Shown: piece by piece, positions 9,636 through 17,304 of the stretch | How positions within the stretch are numbered: the first letter of the stretch is position 1 | Layout of the letters: every line of letters starts with the position of its first letter | Assembly (NCBI GenBank): GCA_021789755.1 | Contig: JAJYJD010000003.1 | Location: forward strand, 1 to 34,455 | Length of the DNA stretch: 34,455 nt | Source: Bacteroidota bacterium | Lineage (GTDB): Bacteria; Bacteroidota; Ignavibacteria; Kryptoniales; JAKASW01 | Direction of reading: 5' to 3' | Translations under genes and position numbers: made by a program | The notes under the pieces: model-generated | What the model was told of the DNA's origin: nothing | The model's database searches: none | The model's input: only the letters and a program-made list of their open reading frames with translations

Positions 9636-10646
9636 CTACTTTATTCTCACTGCCACTTCGACCGACATCCCGGGCCGCAAAAACGGCATCTGTCCACCCG
9701 GCGTGCTCGGATCGTCTATCGAAATCTTTATCGGTACGCGTTGAGTGACTTTGGTAAAGTTGCCAGAGGCGTTGTCGGGCGGAATGAGCGAAAACTCGGA
9801 TGCGGTGTAACTTCCGATCTCAAATACTCTGCCGGTGAAATTCACGCCCGGATATGTATCGACGTTTATCTGCACGGGGTCACCAAGATGAATATGGCCG
9901 AGCTTCGTCTCTTCAAGGTTCGCCGTGACCCAGACGTTCTTCAGGTCGTAGATGGTGAAGATAGGCTGACCGGGCTGAACTACATCGCCTGCAAGCACCC
10001 ATCTCTTCGCGACAACGCCCTCGATGGGGGAATTCACTACGGTGTTAAGCAATTGAGATTCAATAACGCCGAGCTGCGCGCGCGCGGCGGCAATCTTTGA
10101 AACGGCTATCGCCGCTTCGGCACGCGCGGCGTCGAGAGCCTGTTGCGCGTGAGTGTACTGCTCCTTCGTTATGATTCCGCCCTTGTACTGCACCTCGGCG
10201 CGATTAAAATCATCCTGCGCACGGTTTACGCCGACCTGCGCGAGCGGGACACTTTGCTGCGCGAGTTCAAGCCCCGCCCGGGCGGATGCTTCCTCCGCGC
10301 GGAGATCACGATCGTCAAGCCTGACAAGGACTTGTCCCGCCTGCACGGTGTCTCCCTCGTCGGTGCCCAGATAGACTATTCTTCCAAGCATCTTCGTGCT
10401 GATCGCGACGTTGTTCGCATCGACGTAGGCATCGTCCGTCGAAACGAAGTCCTGCATGTTCATGTACCAGTAATAGCCGCCGATTGCGATCGCCGTCAGA
10501 ACCACAAGTATCGGTATGATGACCCGCTTCTTGCGGAACAGCGGGACATCCTCTATGTCCTCGTCGGCTTCCCCGTTCTCTGCGGACTTAAGAGTCTTCA
10601 GGGCTGCCTGGTCCAGCTCTTTATTGGTTGTGTCTTTGGTCTCCAT
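9636..10646 (-). CDS. HlyD/EmrA family membrane fusion protein
   Basis: Single N-terminal TM helix, STDDAYV, VQAGQVLVRLD, and the EmrA signature FSLIPPDNASGNFTKVTQRVPIKI...LRPGMSV. Confidence 0.95.
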   Translation of the reverse strand: METKDTTNKELDQAALKTLKSAENGEADEDIEDVPLFRKKRVIIPILVVLTAIAIGGYYWYMNMQDFVSTDDAYVDANNVAISTKMLGRIVYLGTDEGDTVQAGQVLVRLDDRDLRAEEASARAGLELAQQSVPLAQVGVNRAQDDFNRAEVQYKGGIITKEQYTHAQQALDAARAEAAIAVSKIAAARAQLGVIESQLLNTVVNSPIEGVVAKRWVLAGDVVQPGQPIFTIYDLKNVWVTANLEETKLGHIHLGDPVQINVDTYPGVNFTGRVFEIGSYTASEFSLIPPDNASGNFTKVTQRVPIKISIDDPSTPGGQMPFLRPGMSVEVAVRIK

Positions 10647-10661
10647 TGATGTTCTTCCTCT

Positions 10662-11273
10662 TTATTTTCTTTTTCTGATTCCGTTTAAAATTATTTCCAC
10701 GATCTCCTTTGCCGATTGCTCGAGAGCCTGGTAGGTTTCCTCGTCCAGAGTGTTTTCACGTTTGTGGAGGAGCCAGGCCCGCGGTCCATAGAGCATCTGA
10801 ATGACGATTTCAGCCGAGTGCTGCGTGTCTGGAATCGAAAACTCGCCGGCCTTCTGCCCGATCACGAGAATCTGCTGAAGCAGGTTAACCTCCTGCTGTT
10901 TGAAGTCGTTGTAGAGTTCGACAAACGTAAGCCTGGTTTCCGCCGGCTGCTGAAACTGGAGGGCTCTCAAGTTGGCAAGATTCTTGAAGTACTGGCTGCG
11001 TTTGCTCGCATACTTTCGCAGCATGTCACAGGCAGGGATTTTCTCGCCCAGCATGGATTGTATATCCCTCAGGAACTGGTCCGATTCCTGTTTAACCACT
11101 TCGTGGAAAAGGCTTTCCTTTGTCGGAAAATAGTAGTAGAGAGACGCCTTTCCCATCCCGATGTCGGCGGCGATTTCATCCATCGTCACCTTCGAAAAAC
11201 CGTAATAGGCGAACCGCTTTCGGGCCGCCTCAAGGATGACTGTTTGCTTCTCGCCAGACAATTGCTCTGTCAT
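10662..11273 (-). CDS. TetR/AcrR family transcriptional regulator
   Basis: HTH ILEAARKRFAYYGFSKVTMDEIAADIGMGKASLYYYFPTKESLF. The ATG at 11273 has an AAGGA RBS upstream. Confidence 0.95.
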   Translation of the reverse strand: MTEQLSGEKQTVILEAARKRFAYYGFSKVTMDEIAADIGMGKASLYYYFPTKESLFHEVVKQESDQFLRDIQSMLGEKIPACDMLRKYASKRSQYFKNLANLRALQFQQPAETRLTFVELYNDFKQQEVNLLQQILVIGQKAGEFSIPDTQHSAEIVIQMLYGPRAWLLHKRENTLDEETYQALEQSAKEIVEIILNGIRKRK

Positions 11274-11354
11274 CAGTTTTCGATCCTTTCCAATAGCCTG
11301 GCGGCAGGCCATGTACATTTGTTTCGTGCTGTCATATTTTCGACCTCATAACCA

Positions 11355-11381
11355 TTCGACTGTTTCAGTAATTGCGTCGAA
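11355..11381. promoter_or_regulatory. Putative TetR operator TTCGAC-N15-GTCGAA
   Basis: Inverted repeat abutting the -10 box and covering the predicted start site; a further TTTCGAC half-site lies at 11338-11344. Confidence 0.55.
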
Positions 11382-11409
11382 ATATATAACACGCACACTG
11401 CATAGTCAA
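11381..11409 (-). promoter_or_regulatory. Sigma70-type promoter of the tetR-emrA-MFSx3-tolC operon
   Basis: Minus strand TTGACT (11409-11404), 17-nt spacer, TATATT (11386-11381). Confidence 0.7.
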
Positions 11410-11881
11410 GTTCCCGCGGGCATGATGTCTGCCATGGAATTGCCGCCTGTGGCAATATTCCAGCGCTTGCTCCCGACCTGATAGATTTCGCAACAATGCA
11501 TGAAAGGCGTCGGCCTTGCTTTTTGTGACTAGAGTCGAAAAGCGGTTCATAAAGGTTGGATGGGTTCTTATGTGGAGTCCTCGCCTTATTGGCTTTGCGA
11601 CCACTCTTGCCACTGATTTAGGATAGAACTCTAGATGAATCTTTCACGCTAGCAAGCCGAGAAATGCCTAAAAATAGCCCGAATAGACAATTTTCTTGTG
11701 TCGGTGGAGCAAATGTCGAGGGCCACGACAATTCTCCACGATAGGCTGAATTAGGGGGCCACGTTGTCGTAATTCCCCTCTGAGCCTGAAGTGACAGGTT
11801 TCCCATGACAGGCCCCCATCCCCGATATCATAACAGCACTACAACCGTACAAACCCTACGGAATCTTCTCTCTTCATTCAC

Positions 11882-11918
11882 AAAAAACCCGCCCCAGCAC
11901 AATGCTGCTGAGGCGGGT
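11882..11918 (-). terminator. Rho-independent terminator
   Basis: Minus strand ACCCGCCTCAGCA-gcattg-TGCTGGGGCGGGT followed by a T-run. Confidence 0.75.
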
Positions 11919-12077
11919 CACCAGTTTGGAGGAACAAAAGAATACTGAATTTGTTCTCGAAAGGGATGAGTTTACGTCACGACATACTTATTGAACCGAA
12001 ATGGAATGCGTGTCAGGTAAACCGGCAAAGAATCGAGCACAATTTGGAGATCTTCCTAACCCGACACTTCGATCAAT

Positions 12078-13161
12078 TCACCGCTTGATGCACGCACTTC
12101 CGCCTTTCATTACGTGTGTGACTTCGTCCATTGTAACCATGCTTGTATCACCGCGTGTACTTTGTAACAATGCTACGCACGCAACTCCCAGCTCCACGCA
12201 TTCGAGCGGCGACATTCCGCTCAGGAAGCCCTATACGAGTCCGCGGCATAAACCGCCGCCGCCTCCAACACGATCTTAGATCTCGAGGTTCTCGTACCGG
12301 CGCGCCTCGAAAAACTGACCGTCGTGGTACATGCTGGCCGACCAGTTATTTATGAGACCGCTTACCACCTCACGGAGTGTCGTGCCAGCGATTTTGATGT
12401 TCGGAAATTTCTCCACAATACTTCGGACCATATTGTTGTACCGTTCCACAGGAAGATTCCTGAGTTATTCGTCGGTACCCTCAACCCGGAGACCTAGGAC
12501 CTTTTGAAAGATTTCCTCGTTGCCGATTCGAACATCTATATACAGCACGAGAGCCTTTGTCACCTCGACGGCACGCTCGCTTGTCCATAGGTTGCTTCTG
12601 AAATTGATATCATAACTTACGATCGCCCCCGATTCGTGTGCGGCCTTCAAAGCTTCCACTGCCACCTCGGCGCAAGCTGGGGTTAGTGCTGTAAATATCC
12701 AGCCGGTACGAAACCAGCGCGCCCCGCCTGTTTAGAATGCGCGGCTAATCGAACTCGCCCGGTTTGATGTGTGAAATAGCCGTGTCGCCCCGTTGGTATG
12801 TTGTAACGCTAGGTCTGACTCCAATGCCAACCTCTGTGAAGTTGAGACCTATACGGTGGTTTCTTCCGGAACCGTCATACAGTACCCATAAGATCTCGCT
12901 CACCTCCATTCCGCTTGCGCGTGCGTGATTCTTAATTAGCGCACCGAGGCGATTATTCACCAGCCGCGACACCCAACCTGTTCTCAATCCGTATCTCGAT
13001 AACGCGTACGCTACGTTATACTCGCCGCCCCCGACGTAAGCTTCGAAATACGGCGCCAGCTCGATCCTTTGGTGTCCCGCAGGGCTGAGACGAATCATGG
13101 CTTCGCCGAGGGACAGAAGGTCCAATTGACATTCCAACTGCGACTTGATTTTTAAAGACAT
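12078..13161 (-). pseudogene. kdgK: Disrupted 2-keto-3-deoxygluconate kinase (PfkB family)
   Basis: LSLGEAMIRLSP, GGGEYNVAYALSR, RIGLNFTE, VSYDINFRSNLW, DRVGGG, RGDTSMVTMDEV...GGSA.IKR. In-frame stops at 12745 (TAG), 12465 (TAA), 12276 (TAA) and 12231 (TAG); frameshift near 12725-12735; the catalytic GGGD motif reads GGGG. The GGAG RBS is intact. Confidence 0.88.
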
Positions 13162-13524
13162 TTAAAATTGCTCCATTCTTATTTTAACGAGGGCAATAGT
13201 TCAATAATGTTCACATAATTTGGAGAAATCGTGCTTCCCGTCATCGGGAAAGCGCGACAGATGAAAGTTTCAAACTTGCCTGCATGGGTTATCCCGATGC
13301 GACACACGAACCTTTCAACAGCCGAGACATTTGTCGAACTGCTACTCGTACAACGAAGGCACGGCGATGATTCCATCGTTTAGTCCTCCGAAATACGCGT
13401 TCGGTACATACTGAAGATCCATGGGTTTGTCGCCGTGCATTCCGACTATCCTCGCCAGCGATGAGTTTTTCAAACCTGTTCTTTTTCCCTTTTTCTAACG
13501 AAGATAAATGTTCCGGAATGTGTT

Positions 13525-13725
13525 GAACGCGCCGGCGGGGTCGTCAGGAGTAGCCCGTCTGCGGGCAGGTATTCTGTCCTGGATCGCCTTTTTCCGTTCC
13601 GGGTCGTCCCTGAGCGCGGCAGTGTTGTCGGTCGCTGCGTAGCCCAGCGTTATAGCGTTCACAGTCACTCCCCTGGAAGCTCATTCGTTGGCAAAATCCA
13701 TAGTCAATTGCTTAACGCAGCATTT
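13525..13725 (-). pseudogene. kduD: C-terminal remnant of a KduD-like SDR (2-dehydro-3-deoxy-D-gluconate 5-dehydrogenase)
   Basis: Hand translation gives VKQLTMDFANE*ASRGVTVNAITLGYAATDNTAALRDDPERKKAIQDRIPARRRATPDDPAGA. This matches the KduD pattern ANEWA..G.NVNAIAPGY.ATDNTAALR.D..R...ILDRIPAGRWG.P.DL.GA. TGA replaces Trp at 13681 and the N-terminal part is absent. Confidence 0.8.
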
Positions 13726-13822
13726 TGGCAGTCCGGCTAGGACTGCCCCTTGTCGGGTGTATAAAGGACTTCATTGCTCTCGCAGGTTCATCTCCAAGCA
13801 GATGACCCTGCCGACCGCACAT

Positions 13823-13858
13823 AAAAAACCCGTCTCAGTAAAGCGTTACGAGACGGGT
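13823..13858 (-). terminator. Rho-independent terminator closing the glycan-utilisation operon
   Basis: Minus strand ACCCGTCTCGTAA-cgct-TTACTGAGACGGGT followed by TTTTT, 110 nt after the lyase stop codon. Confidence 0.8.
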
Positions 13859-13968
13859 CAAAATCAGAAGGTCCTTCTCTATTCAGACAGAATTATGTTC
13901 GATCCTGCAGATAGTCTATTCTCCGTTTATTTGCGATGGCCCTCAATCCTTGATCGACCATCCTCACG

Positions 13969-16900
13969 TCAGAATTGTATCTCCAAGGAGTTTGATCCCT
14001 TGGAAAGAACAACTTGAATCGATTTTCCAACCTCTTTGACCCCTTGTTGCAGTCTGCCATTAAGTGTTATGGAAGTCGGTTCGGACTCAAGAAGGATCGA
14101 TGCTCTGCATTCTACGTTACTGTTAATTGTCCACTTCTCTCTTGTTGCGACACGCCTCACGTTGAAGGTCACGGGGGCATCAGCTGTGATCAGCTCATTG
14201 CCCTTATACCCGAAATAGGTGGCCTCGGAAGCGGCAAGATGCGATAGCCTTTGGTTTTGCAGTGAGACCTCCGCAATCTTGCCATCAGTGACAACCTTTT
14301 CAGCTGCCATGTTCGCGCTACCGGTTTTGAAAAGCAACGCATCGACGCCGTTATCCATTCTAACGCTAACCCCCACACAGCCGCTGCCGTTTATCTTTTT
14401 GATGTTCTTGGACATCACATTAACATCACCCTCACCCTTCACCGGATAAAGTACCGTAAGGAAATTCTCTTTTCGGCCTTTCTTTGAATTGCTGACTTGA
14501 ACGTACCCGGGCTCGCGTAACGGCGGACCAAACCGGGTCGGAGCTCCGCAGATTGTCAGGTTTGGATTTTCCGGATAAACCACCCGGGCAAATAGAGAAG
14601 CTTTGTCAGTTTTGAATGTAAACACGTTGCTTTGCTTCAAACTAACCTCCTTACGATTGCTGAAGTGAAACAACAGATCGTACTGGTGAGGCGCTCCGGA
14701 GGATTTCAGTTTGTCAAAGATCACAAAATACTTTCTATTCAAGAAGATGATGTTTCTCTGGAACTCCGCCAGTTTTCCGTAGTACAGGTCTGCCAGTTCG
14801 CCGGTAACAGACGAATAGTCGTCCGTTGATATGAAGTCGGTTATTCTCGCCATCCTATTGGCGGATTTTATGAAATGTGGATAGTCCCCGCTTTCCTGAG
14901 ATCCAGCGTCTTCATCCACAAGCACAGTATTATGTCCAGCCGGCTCGATATAGTACCCTTGGTACCACGGGTCAGCGTAATAATTTACGTCGCCAGCTTC
15001 AGGCACTAACGTTCTGCCAAACGCGTTCAATTGAAAGCTTCCCTGATCGTAATGTTCATGGTTGTACCAGGGACCACACCTGAAATTCATCACTACGTCA
15101 TCAGGCGACCAGCCTGACCTGAATACAACGGCGCCCAGCTCAGGGAATTCCTTTGACTTCGGAAGGGATGTCGGGGGAGTCTCAACACCGGAATCGCTGC
15201 CAAACATAAAATCCAGGACATTATTGCGGGGACTCTTCATATACAACCATTGGAATGACGGATCGTTTGAGTGAGTGGAAAGCCATGAAAACGATGACAA
15301 AGTGCTCAACTCCGGATGACTGTCACCGTTATCCAGTATTCGTGGATCAGAATAATTGTAAAGGAAGTACTTATAGGAATTGAGTAGTCCTTTACTCGCT
15401 AAATCGATTCCAAGTACATGTCGGATGGCCGAGATCGTCGGTAAATCATTTCCAAATGCGAAAGCCTGGTAGCTTATTCCTTCCCCCCACGCTCCTGTGG
15501 TGTCCAAAGTATTATCAAGATACATCTGGAATTTCTTTAACAACCCGGAGAGGTACGGCTCAAGATCACCCAACTTCGGATCGTCCCCATATATGGCGAG
15601 CGCGCAACAGATCGCACCACCCACTGTGTTTCCTATCCAGTTGGTCGTTGCGGAGGGTGTCCTATCGTGCAATACATATTCCTCATAGGCAGGTATGATG
15701 CAATCTTTCAGCAAACCTTCGCTGACTTCGTCTCTCTCTCTGGGGTTCATCAGCGGATAGACCATATCATAACAAAAAGCCGCCCGCATGCCGAGTTCAC
15801 CCATTGGGTAATACGTTTCCCTGTGACGAGCCCGAAACCATGGATGGTTCCAGGTCTTCCATTTTGCGATCCTAACTAATGCCTCCTTCGCATATTCACC
15901 AGCTGATGTATCGCCGGTGAGCGCGTAGACTAAAGCGTTGTCGCGCAAAATCTTTTCGGCGGATTCCATTATGCTGAAATAATGCGACAGCGTGGGTATT
16001 AAGTACACGGAATCTAAAACCGCAAAGTTGACATTCGACAAAGAATCTAGTCCGAGTTCCCTCGGCGGAACTTCTCTTAGGCTTGAACTTTCGGAGCCGA
16101 ATTTTATCGACCTTACTATAGATGTTTCTCTGGACTTTGCGGCTTCTTGGACAAGAGAATCCCACCAATTCTGCCAGTGTTGGGTCCCGATTTTCTCTTT
16201 ACAATTATCAATTTCTCTCTGTCGGAAGAAAAGCCTCGGATGCTGCAAATTCTCTTCTGCCAGCCACAGGTTGAACTCAGTCTCAACCCTTTTTCCGGTG
16301 CGATTTTCGCCATCGATCTTCACAGCCCACTGGCCGGGCGTATCGTGACGCGAGAAAGTGTATACGTTCTTCTTCGTCCAGGAATTATCGGTCGAGTTAA
16401 AAAAGAGGGCGGCATCCTTCTGGATTGTTTTGCCATCCGGACTGATAATGCTGACATTCACTTTAGATAGTTTCACCCCGCTTGGAAGCTTTGCAGATAG
16501 ATCGACGTGTTCCCCCGGAGTGTAGTGGTGCAATGGAACTATTAACTGAAGATTCTTCAGATAATATGACGCAGGCTCTCGTATCTCGAACTGCACAGCT
16601 TCACGGGCAGTAAGGTGAAAATCGCTTAAGAACAATCTGTAGGTAACATCAGGGTTGGTCTTGGGGATGTCAGTCGTTATCGAAAAGCCATCGATACCGG
16701 TGCCTGGCATCATGCCGACTCGCAAGAAGTTGAAATCGGAGAGGCCTACAGTGATTTTGTGCCACTCCCTGTCGTCGCTTATGGAGGTATGGTAAGAATA
16801 CTGTTTCCCGTCAGAGCCGTATAATATAAGAGTCATACCTTTGAAGTCGCCATATCCATTCGCCTTATAATAAAAGGAGGCTCTTGTGGTAGCATCGGCA

Positions 16901-17232
16901 ATGAGCGATAGTTTACTTACAAAGCCCATCTTATGTTCCGTAACTAAGGTGGGTCGGTATTCTACCATTAGTGAATACTCGCTGTTGGTCGGCCCGCTGA
17001 TCGCTTCACAGTGAAAGTACGGATCAAAACCTGTGTCTTGAAATGGAGGATAAGATTCCCAGCCGCTTACATTTCCTTCCTTGAAATCTACTTTGTAGAT
17101 TACCTTTTTAGTTATCATCGAATAGTCTCTCTGGTTAAGCTTGCTCATAGGCCCTTGAGCCGCTACCGGGCTATAAACCGGCTGAAAAAGGAAAAGCAAG
17201 AATAATGTAGCAAGCCTCATTTTATTACGCAT
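13969..17232 (-). CDS. Secreted multidomain heparinase II/III-like polysaccharide lyase (N-terminal CBM-like and Ig/MG2-like domains, alpha/alpha toroid, beta-sandwich)
   Basis: Signal peptide MRLATLFLLFLFQPVYSPVAA; HPRLFF; TTNW; GAWGEGISY; DNGDS; VVFRSGW; NHEHYDQGSFQL; GHNTVLVD; FQRNIIF...YFVIFDKL. Confidence 0.85.
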   Translation of the reverse strand: MRNKMRLATLFLLFLFQPVYSPVAAQGPMSKLNQRDYSMITKKVIYKVDFKEGNVSGWESYPPFQDTGFDPYFHCEAISGPTNSEYSLMVEYRPTLVTEHKMGFVSKLSLIADATTRASFYYKANGYGDFKGMTLILYGSDGKQYSYHTSISDDREWHKITVGLSDFNFLRVGMMPGTGIDGFSITTDIPKTNPDVTYRLFLSDFHLTAREAVQFEIREPASYYLKNLQLIVPLHHYTPGEHVDLSAKLPSGVKLSKVNVSIISPDGKTIQKDAALFFNSTDNSWTKKNVYTFSRHDTPGQWAVKIDGENRTGKRVETEFNLWLAEENLQHPRLFFRQREIDNCKEKIGTQHWQNWWDSLVQEAAKSRETSIVRSIKFGSESSSLREVPPRELGLDSLSNVNFAVLDSVYLIPTLSHYFSIMESAEKILRDNALVYALTGDTSAGEYAKEALVRIAKWKTWNHPWFRARHRETYYPMGELGMRAAFCYDMVYPLMNPRERDEVSEGLLKDCIIPAYEEYVLHDRTPSATTNWIGNTVGGAICCALAIYGDDPKLGDLEPYLSGLLKKFQMYLDNTLDTTGAWGEGISYQAFAFGNDLPTISAIRHVLGIDLASKGLLNSYKYFLYNYSDPRILDNGDSHPELSTLSSFSWLSTHSNDPSFQWLYMKSPRNNVLDFMFGSDSGVETPPTSLPKSKEFPELGAVVFRSGWSPDDVVMNFRCGPWYNHEHYDQGSFQLNAFGRTLVPEAGDVNYYADPWYQGYYIEPAGHNTVLVDEDAGSQESGDYPHFIKSANRMARITDFISTDDYSSVTGELADLYYGKLAEFQRNIIFLNRKYFVIFDKLKSSGAPHQYDLLFHFSNRKEVSLKQSNVFTFKTDKASLFARVVYPENPNLTICGAPTRFGPPLREPGYVQVSNSKKGRKENFLTVLYPVKGEGDVNVMSKNIKKINGSGCVGVSVRMDNGVDALLFKTGSANMAAEKVVTDGKIAEVSLQNQRLSHLAASEATYFGYKGNELITADAPVTFNVRRVATREKWTINSNVECRASILLESEPTSITLNGRLQQGVKEVGKSIQVVLSKGSNSLEIQF

Positions 17233-17304
17233 CGCTCTGTTCTCCGGAAGAATAGCCGAGATCTGCGGCTCACCACGGTGGTGAGTCGCAGTCTTCGGCA
17301 AAGG

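Noticed and set aside
263-11351. Many long plus-strand ORFs (e.g. 3085-3789, 8156-8689, 10143-10649, 10716-11351)
   Set aside because: They lie antisense to well-supported minus-strand genes and have no family motifs; they are shadow ORFs caused by codon bias.
11719-11790. GGGCCACG direct repeat with ACGACAA/TTGTCGT inversion in the intergenic region
   Set aside because: Only two short copies, with no associated transposase or recognisable RNA motif; compatible with chance.
12078-13161. Stop-codon recoding or programmed readthrough in kdgK
   Set aside because: The stops are mixed (TAG and TAA), there is also a frameshift and loss of the catalytic Asp, and neighbouring genes terminate normally with all three stop codons. 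Decay is the simpler explanation.
13179-13500. 65-aa ORF or third gene remnant between kduD and kdgK
   Set aside because: I could not match any reading frame to Eda, KduI or another family; left uncalled.
13727-13747. Hairpin GGCAGTCC-N5-GGACTGCC as a terminator
   Set aside because: No downstream U-tract on either strand; noted only as a marker of the kduD truncation point.
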